Source: Pseudomonadota bacterium
GTDB taxonomy: Bacteria > Desulfobacterota > Desulfobacteria > Desulfobacterales > JBDRRP01
Assembly (NCBI GenBank): GCA_043825735.1
Contig: JBDRRP010000083.1
Location: 1-56,523 of the forward strand
DNA length: 56,523 nt
Direction: 5' to 3'
This document shows, in pieces, positions 19,459 to 28,889 of this stretch (the first letter of the stretch is position 1; each line of letters begins with the position of its first letter). The notes under the pieces are model-generated. The model made no database searches. It saw only the letters and a program-made list of their open reading frames with translations, and was not told the DNA's origin. A program made the translations under genes and the position numbers.

Positions 19459-19474
19459 TGGCACGTGTTCTGCT
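19459..19474 (+). promoter_or_regulatory. Sigma54 -24/-12 promoter of the tmc operon
   Basis: TGGCAC-gtgtt-CTGCT, preceded by an AT-rich tract (19394-19439) containing an IHF-like AATCAAtacaTAA. Confidence 0.8.
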
Positions 19475-19537
19475 CTATTTCCGGGCAACCGCTGCCTGTT
19501 TTCGGTAACAACGATGTCTCGAGAGTGAGGATCTGCC

Positions 19538-20074
19538 ATGAACGCGGTCCAGATTCAACCCGATGGATGGCTGCACCAGCATCAAAAGGCCATCACCGGT
19601 GACCCGTTGACCTATCTCAACCACGCGGTGACGTGCACCGACGCGGTCGCCTTTCGCGATTATTTCCGCCTGCTCGAGCGCTATGATGTCTTCACCCGCA
19701 TCAATTCTTTTTATCCTTCCACCCGCAAACAATATAATGACTGCCCGGCAAGTGGATGCACCTCCGCCGATTTCAACTACCTGGAATTTGGCAAATCCAT
19801 TGAAATGATCGGTTTTCCGGGTGAGCCGCGCCTTGAGATCTACACGTCTCTTAAAGCTGTCACCGATACCGAGCGTACGGGTATCGGCGCCTTTCCGCTG
19901 GCGTGCATGCTGGACATGCCCATCCGGCTGGGCGCGCTCCGGCATGTCGTCTTCGGCGACTCGGTCGACATCTTTGAGTTTGATACGGTCTTCACCCTGT
20001 TTGAGTTCATTGACGGCATCGCCTGGGAGCTCAGCTTTCAAAATATGCCCATCACCTGCGAACTAAGGAGGTAA
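19538..20074 (+). CDS. Hypothetical protein, first gene of the tmc operon
   Basis: GAGGA RBS, 178 aa, 4 nt from the next gene. Confidence 0.8.
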   Translation: MNAVQIQPDGWLHQHQKAITGDPLTYLNHAVTCTDAVAFRDYFRLLERYDVFTRINSFYPSTRKQYNDCPASGCTSADFNYLEFGKSIEMIGFPGEPRLEIYTSLKAVTDTERTGIGAFPLACMLDMPIRLGALRHVVFGDSVDIFEFDTVFTLFEFIDGIAWELSFQNMPITCELRR

Positions 20075-20078
20075 ACCC

Positions 20079-21011
20079 ATGTTTGACAAAATCCTATTTG
20101 CGACGACGGCTTCACCGACCTGTGATGCGGCGGCAAACGTGGCCTTCGATCTTGCCCAGAAATACGGCTCCACCATGAAGGTGTTTCATGTCTTCGGCTT
20201 TCCCACACGAGGCTACAGCCCCTATGTGGTGGACGCCAGAACCGGCTCCGAGGAGACCACCAACGCGGATTACCTCTCCTGGGTAGAAGAGGAAATGAAG
20301 AACACCTACACCAAATTCCTCGAAAACAAGAACCCCATAAAACTTGAAGCAAAGGTGGGCATACCGGCCACCGAGATCCTTCGAACCGCCCGCCAGGACG
20401 ACGCGGACCTGATCGTCATGGGAGCGCACTCCAGGGAAGAAGACGTGGGGGCCACCCGATACCGCGGCGTTGTGGGCAGCACCATGCAAAAAGTGGCCAA
20501 AAAGGCGCGCTGCCCGGTGCTGATCGTGGCCCGTCCCTGCAATACCTGCTTCTGGTATTTTTCCAACATCGTTTTCGCCACGGATTTTTCCAAGGCATCG
20601 GACTCGGCATTCCTGTTCGCCTTCAAGGTGGCCAAGGCCATCGGGTGCATGCTGCACATTTTCCACGCAGTGGATGTCTCCGCCGCGCAGATCGGCAAGG
20701 AAAAAAGCCAGCAGACCATCGAGGAGCGCATCGCGGCGGCAAAGGAAAAGATCGAAACACGCTACGTCTCTCAGATGGAAGGTTTTGAGAATTATTCGGT
20801 ATCGGTCTGGGAGGGCATCCCCTATGTGGAAATCCTCAAATTCAGCCGCGAACGCAGCGGTGACATGATCGTCATGGCTCACCACGCCAAGGATGTGGAC
20901 CCTGAACTGGCCGAACTCGGCAGCACGGTGGAACAGGTTGTGCTGCGTTCCTCATGCCCGGTGGCCAGCGTCAATCATCCCGACAAGGTATCCGACACGG
21001 ATGATGAATAA
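20079..21011 (+). CDS. Tandem-domain universal stress protein
   Basis: KILFATT..., DLIVMGAH, GST..KV..KARCPVLIV, with the pattern repeated (NIVFATDFS..GSTVEQVV). Confidence 0.9.
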   Translation: MFDKILFATTASPTCDAAANVAFDLAQKYGSTMKVFHVFGFPTRGYSPYVVDARTGSEETTNADYLSWVEEEMKNTYTKFLENKNPIKLEAKVGIPATEILRTARQDDADLIVMGAHSREEDVGATRYRGVVGSTMQKVAKKARCPVLIVARPCNTCFWYFSNIVFATDFSKASDSAFLFAFKVAKAIGCMLHIFHAVDVSAAQIGKEKSQQTIEERIAAAKEKIETRYVSQMEGFENYSVSVWEGIPYVEILKFSRERSGDMIVMAHHAKDVDPELAELGSTVEQVVLRSSCPVASVNHPDKVSDTDDE

Positions 21012-21410
21012 ATGACCGAGCCAAAGACAATCCTCATCGTTGACGACGAAATCGACATGCGGCTGTTTCTCTCCACCCTGGTGGAGACCAGCGGATACCG
21101 CCGCGTGCTGGCCCGCAATGGCGAAGAAGGGCTCAAAGCCGCAAAGGAACACCGCCCGGACCTGATTTTTCTTGACATCATGATGCCCAAAGAGGGCGGG
21201 GTGTATATGTACGGACAGCTGCGCACCACCCCCGAACTCAAAGACATCCCGGTCATCATCCTTTCGGCCATTTCACGAAAGACGTTCTACCACTATCTCA
21301 AAATGCTCAGCGTCCGTGTCGGAGATCTCATCCCTGAGCCGGACGCTTATGTCGAAAAGCCGCCGGAGGCCGACGACATTCTGGCACTCATCAAAAAACT
21401 GACGGGGTGA
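21012..21410 (+). CDS. Single-domain response regulator
   Basis: ILIVDDE, LDIMMP, EKP. Confidence 0.9.
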   Translation: MTEPKTILIVDDEIDMRLFLSTLVETSGYRRVLARNGEEGLKAAKEHRPDLIFLDIMMPKEGGVYMYGQLRTTPELKDIPVIILSAISRKTFYHYLKMLSVRVGDLIPEPDAYVEKPPEADDILALIKKLTG

Positions 21411-21426
21411 AAAAGAGGTCATCATC

Positions 21427-22701
21427 ATGAACCACAAGGAGAACTGGGATTGGCAGCCTGGGCGCCGAACCATCGCCGACCTGGCAGCATGGCGGGGGAC
21501 CTACGAGTACATGGAAGAGGTCGCCTTCAGCCCGGACGGTGAATCGGCGGCAGCCATCGTTAAGACACCGGACGCGGAATTTGCCGTCTGTCGAAACGGG
21601 GAATTGTGGGAGAGCGTCTTCGACAAAGCGTGGTTCCTTCGCTATGCCCCGGACGGCCGCCTTTGCGTCATCGCCAATGATGCGGGCGAGTGGACGCTGG
21701 CCATTGACGGCGTCACCTGGGAAAGCCGCTTCGACTATCTCTACGGCCTGCTCTTTGCCGGCGAAGGACCCGGCATCGCCGCGGCCGTACAGCAGGGCGG
21801 CACCTACCGGGTGGTCCGCAACGACGAGCCATGGGAGGCGTCTTTTCCCACACTGACCGACACCGCCATCAGCCCGGACGGCAACCGGTCGGCCGCGGTC
21901 GTCCAGACAGTGACATTCAAGGAGGGCGACATCTTCACCTTCCAGAAGGGATGCTACGCGCTGGCGGTGGACGGCGCCGTCAAGGACGCCAATTTCGTCA
22001 ATATCTGGAACCCGGTGTTCAGTCGCGACGGTCAGCACGTGGCCGCTGAGGTCCGCACATCCCTTTACGACTACACCATCACCGTCGACAGCGTCCCCTG
22101 GTCGAAAAGCTTCTCCGCCATCTGGGCGCCACGGTTCAATCCGGTCAGCGGCAAGGTATCGGCACCGGTGAAAACGCCGGGGGGCTGGACCATCGCCGAA
22201 GACGGTGGGATGATCTGGCCGCGGTCGTTTTCCGCCATCCACAGCCATCTTTACAGTCCTGACGGAAAGAAAATCGCCGCGGTGGCTTCGCCCGCCTACG
22301 GCCGCTGGACCATGGCCGTTGACGGCAGTCCATGGAGCCTGACCTTCGGAGAACTGGTGGCCGATCCCGTTTTCTCACCGGATGGCGGACGGTTGGCCTG
22401 CATCGGCAAGGACAACGGCCGATGGTATGTGGCCGTAGACGGCCAGCGATGGCCGGACGCCTATGACATGGTTCTGGATATCGTCTTTTCCCCGGACGGC
22501 GGCACCGTCGCCGCGCGGGTGGAAAAAGGCGGCAGCCGCAGGATCGTGGTCAACGAGAAACCGGCCGCAGGATCGTTTCAGGAACTGGCCAGCCCCGCCA
22601 TCAGCGATGACGGCCGCCACCTGCTGGTGCGGGGCGCGTTGGACATCGACGGACGCAGCACCATTGTGCGCGAAGTACTGTCCCTTTCGGACATCCGATA
22701 A
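21427..22701 (+). CDS. tmcD: Tmc complex subunit TmcD (Trp-rich beta-propeller)
   Basis: WDWQPG N-terminus, repeated FSPDG motifs, synteny with tmcCBA. Confidence 0.85.
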   Translation: MNHKENWDWQPGRRTIADLAAWRGTYEYMEEVAFSPDGESAAAIVKTPDAEFAVCRNGELWESVFDKAWFLRYAPDGRLCVIANDAGEWTLAIDGVTWESRFDYLYGLLFAGEGPGIAAAVQQGGTYRVVRNDEPWEASFPTLTDTAISPDGNRSAAVVQTVTFKEGDIFTFQKGCYALAVDGAVKDANFVNIWNPVFSRDGQHVAAEVRTSLYDYTITVDSVPWSKSFSAIWAPRFNPVSGKVSAPVKTPGGWTIAEDGGMIWPRSFSAIHSHLYSPDGKKIAAVASPAYGRWTMAVDGSPWSLTFGELVADPVFSPDGGRLACIGKDNGRWYVAVDGQRWPDAYDMVLDIVFSPDGGTVAARVEKGGSRRIVVNEKPAAGSFQELASPAISDDGRHLLVRGALDIDGRSTIVREVLSLSDIR

Positions 22702-22715
22702 GAGAGGAGAAGAAA

Positions 22716-23375
22716 ATGATTGCCCTCTACGATTTTGTCACCGGACCACTGGTATGGGCGGCGTTCCTGATCTTTGCGGGCGGCACCATTTACCGGATCG
22801 TTTCCATGGCCGTTCTGGCAAGAGAGAAAGATCTGGTGGTTTACAGCTACATGGATCCCTACTATGCGCTGCGCTCCATTTTCCACTGGGTCGTCCCCTA
22901 CGCCAGCACGAACATGAAAATGAAGCCCATTTTCACCTTCATCTCCTTTGCCTTTCACATTTCACTGCTTTTGGCTCCGATCTTTCTCCTAGCGCATGTG
23001 GTGCTTGTCGAGGATGCCTGGGGCATGAGCTGGTGGATGCTGTCAGACACCGTCGCCGACGTCCTCACCGTTGCGGTGATCGCAGCCTGCGTGTTCTTTG
23101 CCTTTCGGCGCGTGTATCAGCGCGATGTTCGCTATCTCACCTCACCGTCCGATTTCGTTATATTGGCACTGGTGGCCGCCCCGTTTGTCACCGGATTCTG
23201 GGCGCAACATCAGTGGGCCGGTTTCCGCTTCATGACCATCCTTCATATCGTGTCGGGCGAAATGCTTCTTGCAGCCATCCCCTTCACACGACTGATTCAT
23301 ATGTTCATGTTCCCGTTTACCCGCGGCTATATGGGGTCCGAGTTCGGCGCCGTCCGCCATGCCAAGGACTGGTAG
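22716..23375 (+). CDS. tmcC: Tmc complex membrane cytochrome b subunit TmcC (NarI-like)
   Basis: About five TM helices with conserved His (FHI, AHV, LHI, IPFTRLIHM). Ends in GSEFG..RHAKDW. Confidence 0.88.
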   Translation: MIALYDFVTGPLVWAAFLIFAGGTIYRIVSMAVLAREKDLVVYSYMDPYYALRSIFHWVVPYASTNMKMKPIFTFISFAFHISLLLAPIFLLAHVVLVEDAWGMSWWMLSDTVADVLTVAVIAACVFFAFRRVYQRDVRYLTSPSDFVILALVAAPFVTGFWAQHQWAGFRFMTILHIVSGEMLLAAIPFTRLIHMFMFPFTRGYMGSEFGAVRHAKDW

Positions 23376-23396
23376 ACCGCTTACAGGAGGCGTAAA

Positions 23397-24740
23397 ATGA
23401 CTGAGCCTGCCAGCAAAAGCAGCAAACAGGTCTATGATGAGGGAATTGCTACCGGAGCCTCTCGACTGGACGCCGGCAAAATCAGGGATACGATACTACA
23501 GGTGTTGAAGGCGGAAACCGGGGCGCGGCTGAAAACCTATGTCGACACCTGCGTCCACTGCGGACTCTGCTCGGAGGCCTGCCACTTCTATCTTTCCCAT
23601 GATGACGATCCATGTTACGCCCCGGCCGGAAAAGTGAAACAGACCGTCTGGGAGATGATCAAGCGAAAAGGGGACGTCGGGCCCGATTTCATGCAGAAAG
23701 CGGCCCAAATCGCCTACACCGAATGCAACCTGTGCCGGCGGTGTGCCATGTACTGCCCCTTTGGCATCGATGTGGCCTATCTCATGCTCACGGTCCGGCG
23801 CATCTGCCACAAACTGGGAATCACCCCGAAATACATCCAGGATACGGCTCACAGCCATTCGGTTTCCTACAACCAGATGTGGGTCAAAGACGATGAGTGG
23901 GTCGACACCCTCCAGTGGCAGGAGGAGGAAGCCCAGGATGAAATCGCCAACCTGCGCATCCCACTTGAAAAAGAAGGCGCGGACTGCATGTACTCGGTCA
24001 TCGGACCCGAGCCCAAATACCGTGCCCAGCTGATATACCAAGCTGCCGTCATCATGAACGTGGCCGGCATCGACTGGACCATGCCGGCCACTCCGGGATG
24101 GGACAATAGCGACATGGCCATGTATTCCGGTGACAGTGAAATCATGGGACGGGTCAAACGCAAGCACTTCGACACGGCCATCCGACTCAAGGCCAAGCGC
24201 ATCGTCATGGGTGAATGCGGTCATGCCTTCCGCTCGGTCTATGACGTCGGCAACCGGTGGCTTGGGTGGAAAACACCACCGATCCCGGTCGTGCACGCCA
24301 TTGAGTTCTATCATGAGCTGTTCAGAGACGGGAAGATCCGCGTTAAAAAGAAATTCGATACGCCGGTCACACTGCACGACCCGTGCAACATCGTCCGGGG
24401 CCGCGGCCTGCATGAGATGTCCCGTGCCGTGGTAAATGAAATCTGCAGTAATTTCATTGAAATGACCCCCAACCGGGAGCACAATTACTGCTGCAGCGCC
24501 GGCGGGGGGGTTATCAACTGCGGCCCGCCATTTAAAATGACCCGGGTCGACGGCAACCGCATCAAGGCCGAGCAACTCTTCCGGGCAAAAGCCAAAGGCG
24601 CCAAGATCGTCATCGCGCCCTGTCACAACTGCCACGGCGGACTGGAAGACATCATCGAACACTACGGACTGGGGATGGAGTTAAAATTTCTCGGCGATAT
24701 CATCTACGAGGTCATGGAAAAGCCCGGCGCCGAGGAATAG
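23397..24740 (+). CDS. tmcB: Tmc complex Fe-S subunit TmcB (HdrD/DsrK-like)
   Basis: CVHCGLCSEAC, CNLCRRCAMYCP and CCG-domain motifs (ECGH, HDPC, CCSAGGG, PCHNC). Confidence 0.9.
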   Translation: MTEPASKSSKQVYDEGIATGASRLDAGKIRDTILQVLKAETGARLKTYVDTCVHCGLCSEACHFYLSHDDDPCYAPAGKVKQTVWEMIKRKGDVGPDFMQKAAQIAYTECNLCRRCAMYCPFGIDVAYLMLTVRRICHKLGITPKYIQDTAHSHSVSYNQMWVKDDEWVDTLQWQEEEAQDEIANLRIPLEKEGADCMYSVIGPEPKYRAQLIYQAAVIMNVAGIDWTMPATPGWDNSDMAMYSGDSEIMGRVKRKHFDTAIRLKAKRIVMGECGHAFRSVYDVGNRWLGWKTPPIPVVHAIEFYHELFRDGKIRVKKKFDTPVTLHDPCNIVRGRGLHEMSRAVVNEICSNFIEMTPNREHNYCCSAGGGVINCGPPFKMTRVDGNRIKAEQLFRAKAKGAKIVIAPCHNCHGGLEDIIEHYGLGMELKFLGDIIYEVMEKPGAEE

Positions 24741-24816
24741 CCGGCGCCGCGTCGGAGACACTTCTCCGGCCGGATTCGGGCCGCCCTTAACCAACCGTAT
24801 ATCAAAGGAGCTCAGC

Positions 24817-25209
24817 ATGTTCCGACGAAATGTCAATAAGATCTTCTGGGCCATCGTCGTCCTCGCCTTCTGCTTCAGCCTGCCGGCGCTCTCCCAAGAA
24901 GATGTCAAAACCGTCCAGGATCCGGCGTTTACCCGACACAACCGTCCTCCGGCAGTATTTCTCCACGATGACCACAACGAAAAAGCCGGTATCGAAGAGT
25001 GCGGCGCCTGCCACCATATTTATAAAGATGGGGTAAAGCTGGCGGATGAAACCTCTGAAGACCAGAAATGCTCGGATTGCCATCTGCCGGCCGGCGCCAA
25101 AGACACCATGCCGCTGGTGGGGACGTACCACAACCGATGCAAAAACTGCCATATGGCACAGAAAAAGGGCCCGGTGATGTGCGGTGAATGCCATCGTCGG
25201 ATGGATTAG
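24817..25209 (+). CDS. tmcA: Acidic tetraheme type II cytochrome c3 TmcA
   Basis: Signal peptide and four CxxCH motifs (CGACH, CSDCH, CKNCH, CGECH). Confidence 0.92.
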   Translation: MFRRNVNKIFWAIVVLAFCFSLPALSQEDVKTVQDPAFTRHNRPPAVFLHDDHNEKAGIEECGACHHIYKDGVKLADETSEDQKCSDCHLPAGAKDTMPLVGTYHNRCKNCHMAQKKGPVMCGECHRRMD

Positions 25210-25272
25210 CCGGCACCCATTATTTCCCCTCCACTGAATCCTCGAATCCTTTAAGCTTAAAAGGAGAGCGTC

Positions 25273-25638
25273 ATGGCCAAAAAAATCATGGTGGTGGATG
25301 ACGATCCGGTCATCGTCAAATACCTGACCAAGGTGTTCACCGACAATGGTTACGACACCTGCTCCGCCAGCGACGGATCCGTCGCCATGGATGTGCTTAA
25401 GGCGGAAAAACCCGATCTCATCACCCTGGATCTCGAGATGCCGGAGGAGTGGGGTCCGCGGTTTTACCGCAAGTACACCAAGATCCCGGAGTTCAAGGAT
25501 ATCCCGGTGATTGTCATCAGCGGTCTCCAGGGACGCCATCTGGCTTTGAAAACCGTGGTGGCGAGCATGGGAAAACCCTTCGACCCTGACAAGCTCATCG
25601 CCCATGTGAGAAAAGCCATCGGCGAACCGGGCAGTTGA
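25273..25638 (+). CDS. Single-domain response regulator (DVU0259/DivK-like, tmc-associated)
   Basis: VVDDD, ITLDLEMPEEWGPRFYRK, KPFD. Confidence 0.9.
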   Translation: MAKKIMVVDDDPVIVKYLTKVFTDNGYDTCSASDGSVAMDVLKAEKPDLITLDLEMPEEWGPRFYRKYTKIPEFKDIPVIVISGLQGRHLALKTVVASMGKPFDPDKLIAHVRKAIGEPGS

Positions 25639-25697
25639 GCCGCCGGCGTCGCCGCTTATCAGCGTTGAAGGCCAGCGCCCCCAATGACATAGTGATG

Positions 25698-25763
25698 ACC
25701 ACGAGTCACGGAGAAACTCAAAAGTAGTTGATTTTGATTATAAAACCTCCGTGACGCTGTGGT
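25698..25763. repeat. Periodic-unit inverted repeat element (degenerate)
   Basis: ACCACGAGTCACGGAG / CTCCGTGACGCTGTGGT. Confidence 0.6.
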
Positions 25764-25922
25764 TCAACATCACTGTGGGAATTGACTCCCTGGCGCTTTC
25801 TGCATAAGCCTGCGCGTTTTTTATCTTGCCTTACGCCCACCAAACCGCTTCAATAGAGCCGCGATGGGCACCCACCGGGCTGCCTTGAAACCAGAACCGA
25901 TCCCTCAATCAGAGACATCGCC

Positions 25923-27863
25923 ATGGAAGCGCGCACCACCATCCTGCTGGTCGACGACGAACCCGGCATCCGCACGGTGCTCTCGTTGTTTATATCGGAT
26001 ATCGGCTACTCGGTGACCACGGCCGACAGCGGCGAAGCGGCGCTGGCCGCCTTCCGAGAGCACCCGGCAGACATTGTCGTCGCCGATATCAAGATGGCCG
26101 GCATGGACGGCATCGCCCTGCTGCGCGCCATCAAAGCCGAGTCTGCGGACACCGAAGTCATCATGATGACCGGCCATGGCGATTTCAAGATCGCCATCGA
26201 GAGCCTCAAGCTCGAAGCGGCCGACTTCATCACTAAGCCCATCAACAGCGACGTTCTGGAGATCGCCCTCAAACGGACATCGGAAAAAATCGCCCTGAGA
26301 CGTGCGCTCCGGCGACACACCGAGAACCTGGAAAAACTGGTGGCCGAGACATCGGCGAGACTGGTCGAATCCGAACGGCGGGCCGCCGTGGGTCAGGTGG
26401 TCGAAGGATTGTTCTCTGCCATGGCGGCCCTGTCGAACAACCGGGAGGCGGCGTTTGCCGCATTTGACGAGGTCCCTTGCTTTATTTCACTTCATGACAA
26501 GGCGTTCAATATCGTCAGCATAAACCGGCATTTCCGCGAACACATCGGAGACAGGACCGGCGTCAAGAGCTGGCAGATCTATCGCACAGGGCGGCGCAAC
26601 CGCGATAACTGCCCGGTTGCGGAAGCCTTTCGCACCGGCATGGGAAGCCGCTCGGTGGAAATTGTCGCGACAAAGACCGGTGATCTCACCGTCTCCGTTC
26701 ACACCGCTCCGATCCGCTCCCGGGACGGCGCCGTGGATGAAGTGCTGGAAATCGCCACCGACCTCATCGATGTGCGCAACCTCCAGGTCGATCTCCAGCA
26801 AACCCGCCAGCGCTACCGGCACCTCTTTGATGAAGTGCCCTGCTATATCTCCGTCCAGGACCGGGCGTTGCGCCTGGTGGATATCAACCGACGGTTCAAG
26901 GAGGATTTCGGGGATCGTCCCGCCGCGCAGTGCTATGCCGTGTACAAGGGAAGAGATGCCCCCTGCCCGGACTGCCCGGTGCTCAAAACTTTCGAAGACG
27001 GGGTGTCTCACCAGACCGAGATGGTGGTATCCACCAATACGGGTCAGCAGCGCAACGTCCTCATCTGGACGGCCCCCATCCGGGATGAGGCCGGCGAGAT
27101 CGTTCAGGTGATGGAGATGTCTACCGACGTCACCCGCATGCACGAGCTCCAAGGCCACCTGGTTTCGCTGGGACTCATGATCGGCTCGGTATCTCACGGC
27201 GTCAAAGGACTGCTGACCGGCATGGACGGCGGCCTGTACATGCTCAATTCCGGTATCGAAAGCGAATCCATCGACGATATCCGTGAGGGCCGCGATATTA
27301 TTCGCACCACGGCGGAGCGGATCAAAACGGCCGTACTCGACATTCTCTACTACGCCAAGGAGCGCGCCCTCGACTGGCAAGCGATCGGCGTACAGGCGTT
27401 TGCCGAGGATGCCGCAATGACCATCAACAGCCGTCTGAAGGGGACCAACATCACGTTCCATACCGAATATGGCGAAGAATTGGGCGACATGGACATGGAC
27501 GTGGAGGCTGTTCGTTCGGCATTGATCAACATCCTTAACAACGCAGTGGATGCCTGCCTTGCAGATATCCGTAAAGACCGGCACGCCATCGTCTTTTCCA
27601 CCTTCGCCGACGACGTTGACGACGAAGTGGTATTCGACATCACCGACAACGGTACCGGCATGTCCAAAGCCACGATGGACAATCTCTTCACGCTCTTTTT
27701 CTCCACGAAAGGCAAAAAGGGCACCGGTCTTGGTCTGTTCATCACCGAAAAAATCGTCAAACAGCACGGCGGCCATATCGCTGTCACCAGCACCCCCGGC
27801 CAGGGGTCCCACTTCCGCATCACTCTGCCCCGGCGGCGCGCACGGGAGGCTGAAGGGGATTAG
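25923..27863 (+). CDS. Hybrid sensor kinase (REC-PAS-PAS-HisKA-HATPase)
   Basis: LLVDDE, PAS with CX10CX2C (CYAVYKGRDAPCPDC), SHGVKG, NAVDAC, DNGTG, GTGLGL. Confidence 0.9.
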   Translation: MEARTTILLVDDEPGIRTVLSLFISDIGYSVTTADSGEAALAAFREHPADIVVADIKMAGMDGIALLRAIKAESADTEVIMMTGHGDFKIAIESLKLEAADFITKPINSDVLEIALKRTSEKIALRRALRRHTENLEKLVAETSARLVESERRAAVGQVVEGLFSAMAALSNNREAAFAAFDEVPCFISLHDKAFNIVSINRHFREHIGDRTGVKSWQIYRTGRRNRDNCPVAEAFRTGMGSRSVEIVATKTGDLTVSVHTAPIRSRDGAVDEVLEIATDLIDVRNLQVDLQQTRQRYRHLFDEVPCYISVQDRALRLVDINRRFKEDFGDRPAAQCYAVYKGRDAPCPDCPVLKTFEDGVSHQTEMVVSTNTGQQRNVLIWTAPIRDEAGEIVQVMEMSTDVTRMHELQGHLVSLGLMIGSVSHGVKGLLTGMDGGLYMLNSGIESESIDDIREGRDIIRTTAERIKTAVLDILYYAKERALDWQAIGVQAFAEDAAMTINSRLKGTNITFHTEYGEELGDMDMDVEAVRSALINILNNAVDACLADIRKDRHAIVFSTFADDVDDEVVFDITDNGTGMSKATMDNLFTLFFSTKGKKGTGLGLFITEKIVKQHGGHIAVTSTPGQGSHFRITLPRRRAREAEGD

Positions 27864-27912
27864 GCTGGCGGCTGAATTTCCGCCGGGTGGTGGAAAACCG
27901 CTGCCACGGATT

Positions 27913-28010
27913 GGGCGAACACGAGATTCGCCCCTACGAGGTCATGGCATATCGGCGTCGGCCACATGACATCGTTGCGTTAACATGTAGGGGCAAATCT
28001 TGTATTCGCT
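27913..28010. repeat. Inverted pair of GTAG-type REP elements
   Basis: GGGCGAACACGAGATTCGCCCCTAC (27913-27937) and GTAGGGGCAAATCTTGTATTCGC (27987-28009). Confidence 0.75.
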
Positions 28011-28062
28011 ATGGTGTTTATTTCAACATCAGTTCAGTCGGTTACCCCGGGTCCAATCATGA

Positions 28063-28764
28063 ATGGAAGACGAAACGGTGAGAATCGTCGTAACCAACGA
28101 TGACGGCATTGACGCCCCGGGGTTGGCAGTGCTGGAGGGCATCGCCGCCGCCCTGGGCGACGTGGTGGTGGTGGCGCCCGAAAGCGCCCAGTCCGGCGTG
28201 GGGCACCGGGTCACCACCGGGGTGGCCATCGCCGTCACGCAGATCGCGCCCAAACGATTCAGCGTGAGCGGGACCCCCGCCGACTGCGTTCGCCTGGCCA
28301 TCAAATCGCTGGCAGCTACGGTGGACTGGCTCATCGCCGGCATCAACCCGGGGGCCAACCTGGGATCTGACATCTACAACTCGGGCACCGTGGCAGCAGC
28401 CCGGGAGGCCGCCATCCTGGGCGTTCCGGCCCTGGCCATCTCCCAGTACATCTCCAAAGGTGGGCGCATCGACTGGCAGGCCACCGGTCACCACGCCGGC
28501 CCGGTGGTGACGGCCTTGATGCGCATGCCCCTGCCGAAGGGCGCCTACTGGAACGTCAATCTGCCGCACCCGTTGAGCCCCGGGCAGCACGTAGCCTTCC
28601 GCATCTGCGATCCTGACCCCAATCCCCACGCCTATGGGTACCTGCCCGCCGAAGGGGGCTACCGCTATAGCGGCACCATTCACGAGCGGCCCCGAGTGGC
28701 CGGAATGGACGTGGCGGTCTGCTTCAATGACCAGCGCATCGCGGTTTCCCAGTTGCACCTGTAA
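28063..28764 (+). CDS. surE: 5'/3'-nucleotidase SurE
   Basis: VTNDDGIDAPG, QSG, GTPADCV, GINPGANLG, SGTVAAAREA. Confidence 0.93.
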   Translation: MEDETVRIVVTNDDGIDAPGLAVLEGIAAALGDVVVVAPESAQSGVGHRVTTGVAIAVTQIAPKRFSVSGTPADCVRLAIKSLAATVDWLIAGINPGANLGSDIYNSGTVAAAREAAILGVPALAISQYISKGGRIDWQATGHHAGPVVTALMRMPLPKGAYWNVNLPHPLSPGQHVAFRICDPDPNPHAYGYLPAEGGYRYSGTIHERPRVAGMDVAVCFNDQRIAVSQLHL

Positions 28765-28779
28765 TCCGAAATGATTATC

Positions 28780-28855
28780 ACCACGAGCACACAGCGGACA
28801 CGGAGAAAACAATGTGAAAAGGTAAAACCTCCGTGCTCTCCGTGAACCCTGTGGT
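28780..28855. repeat. Periodic-unit inverted repeat element
   Basis: ACCACGAGCACACAGCGGACACGGAG / CTCCGTGCTCTCCGTGAACCCTGTGGT. Confidence 0.7.
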
Positions 28856-28889
28856 TAATTTTCTTTTTTTGAGGAGTGATAACACCACC

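Noticed and set aside
25640..25675. GCCGCTTATCAGCGTTGAAG resembling an attC right end
   Set aside because: No matching left arm or R'' box, and it lies in core-gene context.
16137..27812. Long antisense ORFs (16137-17342, 23496-24662, 26487-27812)
   Set aside because: Shadows of well-supported genes caused by GC3-biased codon usage.
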